DNA of 63,092 nt, counting the filler, from Reclinomonas americana ATCC 50394 (taxonomy: Eukaryota): the NCBI GenBank assembly GCA_048213135.1. It is 26 parts of 26 records of this genome, joined end to end, with 100 filler letters (N's around TTAATTAATTAA, not from the genome) between each part and the next. Parts side by side here need not be neighbours in the genome. Positions count along the whole stretch, not along the records: positions 33,038 to 35,823 come from AFZH01024797.1; positions 35,924 to 38,711 come from AFZH01024798.1; positions 38,812 to 41,591 come from AFZH01024799.1; positions 41,692 to 44,470 come from AFZH01024800.1; positions 44,571 to 47,337 come from AFZH01024801.1; positions 47,438 to 50,190 come from AFZH01024802.1; 20 more parts are not named here. One strand, written 5' to 3'. Below are positions 35,373 to 48,534 of the stretch, piece after piece; the first letter of the stretch is position 1; each line of letters opens with the position of its first letter. Both the position numbers and the translations under genes were made by a program. The notes beneath the pieces were generated by a model that was not told the origin of the DNA, searched no databases, and was given only the letters and a program-made list of their open reading frames with translations.

Positions 35373-35823
35373 ATGAGCGCGAACTCAGTGGTTCTCGGAA
35401 TCGATCTGGGCACGACGGGTGTCAAGGTCGTCTGCTTGGACCCGCGACTCGGCCGCATCATCGCTGCGGCGAGTACGACCTATCCGTCGTACTCGCCGCA
35501 TGCGGGTGCTCACGAGCAGGAGCCTGCCGAGTGGTGGGCAGCGGTGGTCTCCACTGCTCGACAGGTGATCGCGGACGTGGCGCCGCTGCGGATCGAGGCG
35601 GTCGGTCTCTCCGGCCACATGCACACACTTTTGCTGGTCGACGACGCAGGCGTGCCGGTCAGCCGTGCGCTGACATGGGCGGAACGCCGAGTGGGTCAGG
35701 ACACTGCGCGGTTGGCGGCAGACATCAGATTCTCGGAGCGCGGGTGCAACGAGATGACAGACGTCTTCACGGCGCCGAAGCTCGCCTGGCTCGCTCGCAC
35801 ACAGCCGGACGCGATGGCGCGTG
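35373..35823 (+). CDS. FGGY-family sugar kinase (xylulokinase-like), 3' truncated
   Basis: GIDLGTTGVK, EQEP.EWW, GLSGHMH, FTAPKL.W. Confidence 0.92.
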
Positions 35824-36289
35824 NNNNNNNNNNNNNNNNNNNNNNNNNNNNNNNNNNNNNNNNNNNNTTAATTAATTAANNNNNNNNNNNNNNNNNNNNN
35901 NNNNNNNNNNNNNNNNNNNNNNNAGGCGGAGGCGCCATTGGGGATGATGCCTGGGAAGGTGATGGTGCGGAGGAGGACAGCTTGCCAGTGCCACGCATGG
36001 CGCGTGGGCGCACCGGCGTGCCAAGCTCGTCGCTGTGCATGTGTGTGCGTCTGTCAGAGTGCAGAGGAGAGGCGGGGGGCGAGGAAGTGAGCAGAGTGAG
36101 AGAGAGTGATCGATGGCAAACCTCGGCTGTGAGTCGCTCACTGCCGCTGGCGCGGGAGACGACATGGCTTTTGCACGTGCGTGGTGTGCGCTCCCGATCA
36201 CCCTCCCTTTCGTTGTGTGAACTGACTGGCAGACTGGGACGTGAAGTGTGTGTGTTAGGGGCACTTTGATGAGACGACAACGTCGCAAT

Positions 36290-38711
36290 TCAATCGTCAT
36301 GTCTCAATGGCTCGTCGACCTCGCCGTCTTGCGTTTCTGTAAGCTCGTCGTCAGCTTCTCCATCCTTCTCCTCTTCTTCTTCCTCCTCGTCTTGATCTTC
36401 TTCCTCCTCGTCCTCGTGTTGCGGAGCGTCCTCGGCAAGACGCACTTTCGGCCGGTTGGTGTCCTTGAGCTTGCGATCGCGGCGTACGTGTACTCCATGT
36501 GCCAGGCGCGCTGCGACATCCGCGTGGGAGACGACAATGTCGCCGATAAGGTCAATGTCGAACGCCTCGGGGTGCATGCGCATGTCGTCCACGGCTGGCG
36601 CACCCTCAAACGACTCGGGGTGCATCATCAAGGCCAGGGCGGCTTCGCGCTGCGCCTTGCGATCCGAGCGCATGGAGCGTCCGGAGTTGGAGCGCGGGGC
36701 GTTCTTGAGCCGGTCGCGAAGGGCAGCAGCAGCTTCGGCGCCAGTCACGTAACGCCGTTGGCCACCGGAGCTCCCGTCGTCATCGCCCAGCGACGACGAG
36801 CTGCGAGAAGAGGAGCCGCGCGACACCGAGGTCGGCACCTGTAGCGTGATGGAGCCTTCGGTGGGTGTGACCGTTCGTGAAGCGGAGCCCGATTGCCGCT
36901 GCGAGGTGACGCCTCCTTTTCCCGTCGAGGTCCAGCTGCCGACAGTATCCAACGCGAAGAAGTGGGTGCTGCCCTGCAGGAAACCACCGTTCTGTGCGCA
37001 CACGCGGTGCACATTTCAGCGCACGGCAAGCAGGCTGCAACGACCGTGATGTGACACGTACTTGTCGCAAGAGAGGTGGACGTGAGCCATTCGAAAGCGG
37101 TGCCGATTCGCTGGAGGAGACTGACGATGCGCGCTGTCGACCATCGGTCAGCGGTGGAGGCGCTTCAGTGGAGAGCCACAGCGATCTGTTGACTGCTGTT
37201 CCGGGGTTGGGCTGTGTGGATTCCGATCCTTCTTCGGGTACTGCAACGTTGGAAGTTACACACATCTGTGAGTATGCAGATTGTAAACGGTGGCGTGCAC
37301 CAAGTGGGCACCTGGCACAGGCACTGGTATGGGTTCGTCGTCCATGTCCTGCAAAATGTGCACTGAATGTGAGCGACTTACCGGTGGACCGCATTCGCAT
37401 GCTTCAAGCACAAACACACAAGCAATACGCACACTCAGTTCCGCCAATCGTCGAGCCAGTGCTTGCTCGCGGCCGCCACCGTAGCGCTCAGTGAGCTTGT
37501 GATGCAATGGACCCTGCGTTCGCCAAGTGAGGGGAGCACACGCCGTGTACAAACATAACCATGCAGTCGAGAGCGTACCAGTGCTGACACGTGACTGAGG
37601 GCGTCGCCACGCGACGATGACATGATCGAGGTCGACATGTCGTCATCGTCGCCGTCCACCGCAGTGGCGTCGGCGTCCGACACATTCAGCCACGAGTGTT
37701 CGAGCAACTCCAGCGCCGACGGCCGTTGCTCTGGATCTTTGCACAACACACTGCTCATGCGCACGCGTTATGCACGGACTGTGGACAATATTACGTGTAG
37801 GCGACAGACCTGCGAAGAAACCGGACGGCATCGGGGGATATCGTCGAGTCCTCGGGAAACTGCGGCTCCGTGTCGCGAATCTGCTTGGCCAGCGCCAGCG
37901 GCGACGGGCGCCATGGACATCGGCCATACAGAAGCGCATACATTGTGACGCCAAAAGCCCACACATCGCACGCCGGACCGAGCACTGGTTGACCTGTTGC
38001 GCGGTCATTGGTGAGCGAACTGCGCACAAGTTCAGTGCGCACAGAGGTGCACGTACCAGACAGAGCCTCTGGTGCGATAAACATGGGGGTACCGCAGTCC
38101 ATGCGAACCGGCTCGTTTGGCGCAATGAAGCGCGCCGATCCAAAGTCACCGATTTTCACCCGCGAGGATTCGCTGACGAGGAGATTTTCGGGTTTGATGT
38201 CGCGGTGCACAACGCACGCCGTGCCATTGTTGTGCAAGTACGCCAGTCCACGAAGCACGTCCTGCGCACAACGACGCACACTCGATTCGTCGAGACGCGG
38301 GGTCACCGGCAGCGCGACACCATCGTCATCCAGTCGCATCAACGGACCCTTGCCCATCAGCTCCATTACCAGGTACACGGTGCCGTCGACCACCTCCAGA
38401 ACCTCGCACAACTGTCAACAACAACAAGTGAGACCACAGAACGTGAAGAGTGTGCGGAGCAGGGGATCAACAGCGTGAGAGGTGACGAAACCCGAACAAC
38501 GGATGAGTGTCGCAGTGAGCGGAGAAGTTGTATCTCGCGCTTCACGTCGTGATGTGTTGTCAGGCCGCGACTCGCCATGAAACGGTCTCTCTTGCAGACT
38601 TTGATTGCCTGCGCCACATGTCAGCAATCATATATATGTGTGTGTGTTGAAATGGATGAACGCAACTCGGGACTTGCCAGTGTGTGAATTAACAGCATAC
38701 CACACCTCCCC
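36290..38711 (-). CDS. Ser/Thr protein kinase; allele B of 8073-10553
   Basis: Colinear near-identical copy of contig 7716-10553. Confidence 0.9.
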
Positions 38712-38811
38712 NNNNNNNNNNNNNNNNNNNNNNNNNNNNNNNNNNNNNNNNNNNNTTAATTAATTAANNNNNNNNNNNNNNNNNNNNNNNNNNNNNNNNN
38801 NNNNNNNNNNN

Positions 38812-39838
38812 TGGAGGCAGCTGGTGGCAGGTGTCGCGCACCGCCATCGGCGGTGGCCGGTCGTTCAAGAGGCGCACTCGCCTGCCGTGAGTGTGTGCGG
38901 CCCACCGACGACGACCGCGTGGTGGAGGCGGCCGACGCAGATGCCCTCGCACTGCGCCCACGCATGACCGACATGTCGAGCTGTAGCGACGAAGAGACGA
39001 GGTACGGCGACGATCGAGAATCGACGGCGGCACGAGCACTGGAGGCGCGCGAGTTGCTGACGGAGGAGGCGGCCGATGACGAGGCGCTTCGACTCCGGCG
39101 CACTTGCTGTGACGACAGCGAGCGAAGTGGCGGCACATCCGTGGCCACCACCGGCAGTGGCTGCCTCCGCTGCGCCCACATTTGTGTCGACGTCGGCGGC
39201 AGTTCCTCGCTGTCCACGAGCACCACATCCAGTTCGTCCATGGAAGCGTGGTGGTATCCATGCTGCTGTTGCTGTTGCTGTTGCTGATGGTGCGCCGTGA
39301 GTGGTCTCTCTGTTCCACACACACGCACGGCAGTGGTGGTGAGCGTCACATAGATACAGCACGTTTCAAAGTGCGACTGACCATCTCTACGCAATGGCGA
39401 CAGATGCCGAGTGCCCGACGCGCTCGCCGGACGCGACAACATTGTCATTGCCGCCGACGACGACGCCATTGACGCCATCGACAACGCGCTGCCTGGTCTC
39501 TTGCCACCCACCGTCGCCTCACCCATCGCCTGCAATTGCTGCTTCTTCCTCTCGGCCTGCCGCACCGACCGCGCAGCCTCACGCAACAGCTCCTCCAAAC
39601 CACGATCACTCGCATCACCGCCCTCATATGACATCGACGACAACGGCGGTCTCTTGCTGCTGCTCCCATTCGCCACTCCTCCACCATACACTGGCAGTTG
39701 CTGCTGCTGCTGCTGTTGCAACATCAACACCGGCTCGGCCGCAGCCCATGCAAACCGCTCAGCCGCCTCTGCTAGTCGCACCTCCACTGACGGCACTGCG
39801 CGTGCACTGCCGCCGCGGCTGCTGTGATGGCGCTCCAT
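38812..39838 (-). CDS. Hypothetical protein; allele B of 30150-31179
   Basis: Near-identical ORF. Confidence 0.65.
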
Positions 39839-39917
39839 ATTCTCTCGCACGAAACCCCAAATACAATTTCAACGTTCGCCAGCCAATGCTCGCGTGTCAC
39901 GGAACTGTCCAACACCA

Positions 39918-40086
39918 TGATTGACGCAGACGCAGTGAGGCACATGCACTGGCTTGCATGTTTGCGCTATGACAGTCGTGCAGTGGAGCGCCTGCGCCAT
40001 GCACGCGTGTTGGTCCGTCGATTGGATCCCGTCGGAGTGGAAGTCGGTGTGTGCATATGTGATGAAAGTGTGTGTGTGTGATGAAA

Positions 40087-40117
<31 letters not shown>

Positions 40118-41454
40118 GGAGGAAAAGTGTGCTTGACTCCCCTCTCTTTGTGCAGTGCGGAGTCTCATTGTGCATGGAGTCGGAAGTGTCACTTTGATGG
40201 ACGATGTGCGTGAAAATGCATCTGACTCTCTTGTCTCTCCCTTGCTCTCTTGCTCTCTTGCTCTATCACTCACTCTCTGTCTGTCTCTCTTTGCGTGCAT
40301 GCTCAGGTCAAGTCCGATCGCGCGGAATGCGTCTTATCGGAGTTTAAGGAGATTGCAGCGGCACATGCATGCGAGCTGCACAGTGCACAGTGGGTGCCCA
40401 TTCGCAGTGCAGCAGAGCTCAAGGTCTTCTTCCTCTTCTCTTACCCCCGTCATCATCCGCGCTGCATGTCTCCCTTGCTGACACCGATCGGATGATATTA
40501 ATAGTTCGATTCGATTGTGGATTGCCGATCGCTGGCAGGCGACGAGTACTTGGAGGAGGCCGGTGTCACACAGTGCGCACTGGTGTCGTGTCGAGCCATT
40601 GGACCAGTGGGCGCTCTGGTTAGTCCAATCACGCGTGCGTATTGCTCTCTCTCTGTCTGTTGTCCTCATGTGCGAGATGAGCGCAGTGGTGTCCGCGTTT
40701 CCGGCGAGCCGACGATGCTTCCCCGGACGCCCTGGTGCACTTGATGGTGGCTGCGGAGGAGCTGAGTGCGTCTCGTGGTGGGAGTGCGCCGAGTGCGGAC
40801 GAGCTGCGAGGCAAGGTGGGGCCGGCGATGTGGGATGAGCAACTGGCGGTGGTGGTGCTCGGGGACGATGTGCCGGCGGCGCCGCCGGTGGCGGCTGTGA
40901 TCGGTGGAGCTGCGGCGCTGAACGTGCTGCGTGTGCTGCTGGCCGATGTCGATGAGACGCTGCTTGGCGCGCCATTGTCGGCATTGTCGTTTGATGTGCT
41001 GGCCGGGTGGATTGCCACCGAGGAGCAGGTGAGAGGGAGAGAGTACTCCGTGGCTTGTGTCATGGAGTTTCTCATCACGTATGTGCACTCGCAGCGTCGG
41101 CAACTGCGCGATGCGGTGGTGGCTGTCGGTGGAGCCGGTGCGCTGAGTGGCGAAGTACTCCGATTGTTGGCCGGCAGCGGCGTGGCCGGTCGCGGTGGCA
41201 AGGGGTTCGTTCTGCTCCATTCATTCTTCGGTGTGAATGAGCTCATCTATCGTCCGTGTTGTCGTGCAGCGCCATTCATGTGTTTGACGACACGCTGGTG
41301 CACTGGTCGTCGGCGTCGTTGCATCCGTTGCTGAGTGTGGCCGACATTGGCGATTACAAGTCGCGGGCGTCGGCGCACGCTCTTTCGCGTATGCACTCCC
41401 TCAACGAAGTCACCGTCATCCCGCACACGTCGCCGCTGAGCACTGACTCGCCAG
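39918..41454 (+). CDS. Divergent E1-like enzyme; allele B
   Basis: Near-identical exons to 31260-32781. Confidence 0.75.
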
Positions 41455-41504
41455 GTGCGTCGACCATCATTTGCATAGTTAGTCCTTCTGAAATCTGCGG
41501 CTCA

Positions 41505-41590
<86 letters not shown>

Positions 41591-41691
41591 GNNNNNNNNN
41601 NNNNNNNNNNNNNNNNNNNNNNNNNNNNNNNNNNNTTAATTAATTAANNNNNNNNNNNNNNNNNNNNNNNNNNNNNNNNNNNNNNNNNNNN

Positions 41692-42554
41692 AGTACGCGA
41701 ACGGGAGGATGCATCAAGACACACACGCACACACACACACCTGCGCCAACGAGTACGGCACAGAGCTCGGCAGCAGCACCGCATGCAGCGTGCGCACAAT
41801 GTCGGGCACCACATGCGCATACACATCGCCAGCACGCAAGTGTGCCGTCGCAGCTGTCGCCGCAAACTGCGCACACTGCGCTCGCACGCCCTCATTGTCG
41901 TTGGCCGAGATCAGCGACACGACGTGTTCACACAATGAGTCGGTCTGTGGACTCAGTGCCTGCCCTTGCATTGCTCTATACAAAACACACAGGCGTGAGC
42001 ACGCGAGGTGGCAGATGGAGAGTGGGAGAAGAGGAGGAGGAGGAGGCATGTACCTGCGCTGCACCACAATCTCATACACCACGCGAGCGGTGATGACAGC
42101 GGCCTTGAGTACAGGCACTGATCGGTCGTCATGCAAGACGAAATCCAATGCAGGCAAGGTTGATTCCGCCACTGCAGCGAGTCAATGAGCACACAATGCG
42201 CGCGCACAGAGAGAAGAAGTGTGAGTGTGCGTGTGCGCAACAGTCAGGGCGCAGTCGCACTGCATCGGCAATGAACGACAAGACCCACTTGCGCTGATCG
42301 GCGTTGGACGAGGAGATCATCTCACACACAAGTGGCAACACAGTCGACACTTCATCGTCTCCTCCTTCAGCAACAGTCTTGCCTGCCTGCGCCGCCTGGC
42401 GTCTTCGCAGGCAGAACTCGGTGAGCGCGGCCAAACGCTGTGCAAGCTCCTCGCGTGACGATGCCGGCAACATGGCCTCGTGCAGCAAGTGCGTGGCATG
42501 CTCAATGGCTGCCTGCTGCGAGGCGGCCAGTGGAGCCTCGCTGGCGTCGCTCAT
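41692..42554 (-). CDS. SYMPK: Symplekin/Pta1 N-terminal region (3' truncated)
   Basis: HEAT-like ...RKWVLSFI.DA..., L..L..D....VLK.A..., DNEGVR..C..F. Confidence 0.7.
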
Positions 42555-43452
42555 GCGAAATGAAATGCAATCGAAGTGGGACAAGAGCGACGGGCGCTTC
42601 CCTGTCTGTAGACTGCGAGCTTGCCTGTTGATGTGATGCGTGGATGCGAGAGGAGAGTACATGTGCATGTGTACGCTGAGAAGCGCTGCCTGCATTGCAG
42701 CAACGTCGACGTGAACGTCGATTGTGCAGTGGTGTTGTCTCGCGTCTCACATGTGCACGCGCGCGCTGTGCAGTTGCATGAACACTGGATGCACCCCCGC
42801 GATCTACGGTGCACGGCTGCAGGAAGATGCTTATTATCTATTCGGTGACCCACAAGCCGACGAGTTGTCGAGTGCTTGTGATTCTCGGGAGTGCGCTTCG
42901 TCGTACGCCGTCATGTTCGCATGATCGGGAATGCCACAGCGCCGTATTTTTGTGTGTGGCGATGTACTGCCGGGGTCGCGAGTCGGGACCATTCACGGGC
43001 CGGGCGCAACCAATCGCTCGACTGTCGGTCGGGGACGGGTTGAACCGCGGCTCGGTCTCGTCGCGTGGCCCTGTTGCAGGGATCGCGTGCACACCGTGAC
43101 GGGTGTCTGCGCTAAACGGTGCGAAGAGCAATTATACTGCGGGTGGTGGCTGTGGGAGAAAACGTGCCCGTCGACTTGCATTTGGCGTCGACGCGGCATA
43201 CCTCTCTCAGTTCGTAAAGAAAGTCACAACCTGTACATTAGCTCCCGCCATGCCGGGAAGGCAAGGAGGCACACACGCACACACACACTCAATTCCGCAC
43301 CACCAGATTCTCGTCTCTGCTTCTTCCGCACACATGGCAACAACAGGGATGCATGGTACAACAGCACACACCACGACACACACCAATCTCATAGTTACAT
43401 CGAAAAGCGAAAAAGGGATCAAGGAAAACAGCAGCAGCGACGGACGCCGTCC

Positions 43453-44470
43453 TTACGGTGGCCCGAGATACACCTTGACTTGCCCGTTGGCGCCGCCGAC
43501 CACCAAGAACGGCTTGGTGGCGTGGAAGGTGGCACACAGAATGCCCTCGTCGCCGGCACTGCAGCGCACCGTAAACTCCTTGGCACACGACTGGTCACTC
43601 AGGTTCCAGATGCGCAGCGATGCAGAGCGGTCTACACAGCACACAGTCAGTGAGACATGTACGCACACCGAACCAGAAGGAAAACGCGCTCGACGTACCA
43701 CCCGAGGCGAAAAATGCTCCATCGTACACCATGGCCAGTGCCGACACACCCGTCTCGTGTGCAATCCATTCGGCGGAAATGCGACCTGTCACAGCGTCCA
43801 GCAGTCGCAGCTTTTGGTCCTCGTGAGCCGTGACAACCACTTGCTGCGTGGGATGCGAGACCAGCTGCACATACACATACACATACACACGTAAGCACCA
43901 CGACACACACACACTCTCCGTTGCCGCGAATCAAGCGCGCACCTGGTGTACGGTCGGCACGTTGGCACCCATCGTCGCCACAGTGGTCGTCCACAACACC
44001 TTGTTGTCCTCGCTCTGCACCAACGACACAGAGCCGTCGCCGTGCGCAATGCACACGCGCTTCGGATCCGTCTCCAGCAACACGGCTCGTCGAATCGGGC
44101 CACTCGCCAACGTGACTTCGCGCGGCTGCCCGAGGCCGGCCTCGCTCAATGGATACACACGGACGGAATTCGGCGATACTGATATTAGTTGTGCGGTCAT
44201 GTCGTGGTACTGCAGCGCCAGAATGCCACCACGATGCGAGTCCGCAGTGCGCGGCTTGGTCACATCTGGAGAGCGCAACATAAAGGTGAGGTGAGAGGTA
44301 GGCGGACGGCCCACATGCACAGACACACAAACCAATGGTGGCAGTGGCGCCGAAATTCAGTGGCACCGACCACTGGAGAATGTCGCCGCTCGAGTCGCCC
44401 GAGAACACCCACTGCTGCTCCTCAAATATCGTAATCGCAGTAACAGGTGCCGCGTGTCCACTCAGAAGTG
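43453..44470 (-). CDS. STRN: Striatin-like WD40 protein, C-terminal exons
   Basis: VSHPTQ.VV.TAHED.KLR..D..TG.....IAH...V.ALA, SLRIWNL....C.KEFT, FH..K..L..GGA.G.VKVY match the striatin terminal WD repeats. Confidence 0.8.
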
Positions 44471-46196
44471 NNNNNNNNNNNNNNNNNNNNNNNNNNNNNN
44501 NNNNNNNNNNNNNNTTAATTAATTAANNNNNNNNNNNNNNNNNNNNNNNNNNNNNNNNNNNNNNNNNNNNTTGGTTCGATTTCTCGCAGTGCGATATCGC
44601 CGAGATGGCAAGAAACAAGAAGGGAAAAGAAATATATCGCGGAGGCGGCGTAGTGCAGCAGCGCACCCTCGAACACACAACGTTTAGGGGACGTAATTTG
44701 TATGTAGCGAGTCACACACGCAGCAAGCACGTGAGTGTGGCGACTTTGTTGGAACGATATCGTCGCGATCTCAAGTCTGTTTCTCGCGATCGTCTACTTT
44801 TTCTTCACACATCCACTCTCCTAATCTAGGTGTTCCTCTCTCTGCTCACCGCGCACTAGAACAAGCCGATCGCTTGGTCTCCACTGCCAGCGCTGCGGCG
44901 TGGACCTGAGAGCGAGGAGAAAGTGTGGCCATGGTGCGCGCAGTCGCGATCGGACATGTCGTCAACTTATACCCCCCGGAGAAGTGAAGGCATGTACCCG
45001 TTGATCGCCACACATGTAGTGGAGCCTGCGGCAGCACTAAAACTCACTAGTACTCTTCTTCTTCGCGGTCGCAGCGGTCGGTGTGCGTTGTCATCGCGTG
45101 CGTTGGCGAGTTGAGAGATTTCGAAGTGATTCTCTTGCAAACTGCTCGCTTCCCGTTTCCACTTCATCATGCTCTCCTGCGGAGCGCGTGTGGGCAACCG
45201 CCGCGCGTCGTCAAAAGGTCACCGGGTATATTCATCGCCAGCTGCAAGTGGCCTTTCACCGAGCACAACAACAACATTCTCATTCCCCGCTTTTCAAAAA
45301 TTTCCTTTTCAGTTGTCTCCCCTGGGTCTCCGTCGGCTGCCTTCCCTCCACAGCAGTGTGCCTCCGCGTGCAGGCACTCAACTGTCGCGTGCTCAACTTG
45401 GCAGGAGTCCCACCTGCCACGTGCAGCACCTCGCTGCGGGGCTGCCAGATTCCGTTTGCTCGTCTTTCGGTCGCAGATCGTCTCACCGATATCAACGCTC
45501 CATCGCCCCCTTCCAATCATCAAGCAGCGGTGGTGCCCACATGTGGAGCGTATTGGCACGACAGGCACCTTACCGCCCCGCGCTGTTTTTGGCCCCCACA
45601 TGAAGTGATCGTTATCCACCTTTTTTCCAGTTGCCTGTGAAAGTCGCTGATGATCTTGCGCACACACGATGACTCAGTCATCGCCGAGCTCGTGCACTTT
45701 ACTCGTTGTGGCAGAGCGCTCGTCATTCACATCACGCGAGGAGGCGGTGGCGAAGAGAGAGAGGAAAAGAGAAACAGGCGGGAGAGAGGAGGTACCACAA
45801 CCGAGCGTTCGGGTTCGAAAACGGGAGGCACACAGGCAAGGGTCATCATCGCGCACGTTTTTTCTTCTCACACCGTTATTGCGGGGACGCTGTTCATCGC
45901 CACTCATCGTCACTTTCACCATCGCACAGGGCGCCTCCGCCTGTACCACCTCCGTTGCACAGAGTGACCCCCGCCACTTGCATTATCGCAGTGCGCGCGA
46001 GCCTCATTTTCCTTATTTTTTCGCCGTCGTGTGTGCGCGAAGACCATCGATCGATCGTCGTCAACAAAAGGTGCGATCGACACACTCACACACACACATA
46101 CCCGTGTGTGTGTTTCTCTTCTTCGTGAGTGAGTGTTCTCAGAGTGTGTGTGTGTGTGTCTTGTGTGTCACAGCGTGTGGGAGTGCGTGTGTTCGA

Positions 46197-47337
46197 ATGG
46201 GTCGGCGACGCGAAGGCCAGCTCCGTCTGCGCGACTATGCCCGCTTCACAGAGGAAGCGCGTCTCATGTTAATGGAAGAGTTTGCTGTCAACGCGGTGAG
46301 CACACACATATCTCTCTTGCGCAGTTCGTATTCGTCAGACAGTTTCTCTGGTAACAACACACACTCTCTCTCCTCCCTCTCTCTCTTGCATTTGTGTGTG
46401 TGTGTCTCGTCGTTCCTCGTGTGGTGGAACGCACAGTGAGGCACGTGTTGTGCACACTCGTGTTGTGCGTTGGGCAATCATTTTTTGTGTGAACGCATGT
46501 GCGCATGTGTGTGCGCATGTGTGGTGTGTGTGTGTGCGAGAGAGAGAGTGTTCCTCTTTCACTCTCTTCCTGTATTTTTTCGTGAGACGAGCACATTGCG
46601 CGTGTGTGTCTGTGTGTGTGTGCGCGCATGCATCGACGGGGTCAGCGGAGTGCATTACCTTTCTCAGACATGCATTTACTCCTGTATGTCGTCGCGTACT
46701 TGTTGCCTCCCGGTATGTCCGTGAATGTCGTGGAACACAACCTTTTTCCCACGCAAGGAGAGGCACATTGCGCAGAATGCGTGTGTGGCGCGAGAGAGGC
46801 GTGATAGAAGACGGGATTGCAATGAGTTGGGCGTTGACCCAAGAGGCAGTGAGGCCGTTTTCAGTGCATTTTGGAACCCCACCTGTCTGGCGATTCAGAT
46901 GTTGTTTTTGACTTGACCATTTTTTCCCTCTCGCGCGCTTCCTCTTGTTGCATTCACGCTGTCTTATACTGATGGTTTTGTGTGCCCTCTCGCTGCATGC
47001 ACAGTACCCTGATCGGCGGCGGAAGAGACAGTTGGCAGAACGTGTGGGCCGTTCGCTGAAGAGTGTCAATCGTTCCGTTCCGGTGTCGTCTGTTGATTGC
47101 CATGCGCGTCTTCTCATTCCTTGCCTTAGTCTGGTTCGAAAATCAACGGAAGAAACAGCGGCGATTAGGCGTGCTGCTGGTGCCCCCGCCGCCCGGCGGC
47201 GGTCACCGAGGCGACGACGACGACGACGATGATGACGACAGCCTCGGCGACGATTTCGATGGCGATGCGCATGCACTCGACCCTTCTTCAATGGGCAGCG
47301 GCATGTCGTATCAGGGCTTTCCGACGCACGTGGGCCT
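46197..47337 (+). CDS. Non-TALE homeodomain protein (3' truncated)
   Basis: Exons 46197-46295, 47005-47071 and 47130 onward give RFTEEARLMLMEEFAVNAYPDRRRKRQLAERVGRSLKSVNLWFENQRKKQRR with exact homeodomain spacing. Confidence 0.88.
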
Positions 47338-47459
47338 NNNNNNNNNNNNNNNNNNNNNNNNNNNNNNNNNNNNNNNNNNNNTTAATTAATTAANNNNNNN
47401 NNNNNNNNNNNNNNNNNNNNNNNNNNNNNNNNNNNNNGGAAGGGGGAAGGGCAAAAAAG

Positions 47460-48218
47460 CAAACGACGCAACAAAGTCTCCACATCGGTGCCGAGGCCAT
47501 TCAGCGCGATGAACGTCCGGTCGTTGATTCGGAAGATGCGCTCATTGTCGCACGCCAGGGTCTGCTGCCGGAGACCGAAGCGGCGATCGCTGTGCACGAG
47601 AAGCGAGGGGAGAGTGAGTGAGTGGACAGAAGGAGAGAGTGCATTAGAGAGGGCGAATGAACGAGGAAGAGCAGTGGTGAGAGAGGGACACGCAGAGCCA
47701 GGCTGAGAGAGAGAGAAGAAAAGAGAAAGAGAGAGAGAGAGATGTGAACAATGCTTTTGACCAAAAAAGTTGCATGCTCTGTCTCCACTAAGACCCACTC
47801 CCCTCTCACGTGACAGCAGACAACGCGCACACTGCTCAGCGACGACGATGTGTGCGACGAGACAAGACAACTATCTCTAACTCACACGCGCATGCACTGC
47901 TCAACAGTCCTTGTTTCTCTTCCTCCCTCTTTCCTCCCTCTCTTGCACACACACAAACAAACAAACAGCACCATCACCAGCTGGAGCCTTTCACACAGAC
48001 AACATCACGCACAGAGACTGTTGTCTCTCACTCACTCAGTCACACAGAATGCACACACACACTCTCTCTCTTTCTCACCTGGCAATGGCCACACAGTCCT
48101 TGCCAACCATGGCCACTATGCATCAACACACACAGAGAGAGGAAAGCGGTCAGCATGCGACAATGAGATCCTTCCTCACACAGACACACACACCTGAGCA
48201 GCCGCCATTGTATGTCAT
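47460..48218 (-). CDS. PSMB3: 20S proteasome subunit beta type-3, 5' exons
   Basis: [26 protein letters not shown].RQQT...IF.INDRTFIALNGLGTDVETL. Confidence 0.92.
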
Positions 48219-48534
48219 AATGTTCTGCACGACGAGCACGAGGCATCAGTCAGTCACTCACATGTGCGTATGTGTGCGTGCTCAGTGCAAGAGTGGAGAG
48301 AGAGATGAGAGAGACAACCAACTTGAAGAAGAGGCAATGGCGCGCAAGCTTTTTTTTTTGGCGCGCCATGTCACACAAACACACACACGCGCGTGCACAC
48401 ACAGAGACACACATGCAAGTGTGTATGTGAAGAAGGACGCAACGTCGCCCATGATTACTCTCTTGCTACACCACCACACGCGAATTGGAAAAAGATTGAA
48501 TTTTTACAGTCGCCTTTTCGCCGTTCCCGCTCCA

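Noticed and set aside
48115..48200. Possible non-canonical intron with TGC direct repeats in PSMB3
   Set aside because: A canonical GT-AG splice gives YNGGCSVAM with the correct length
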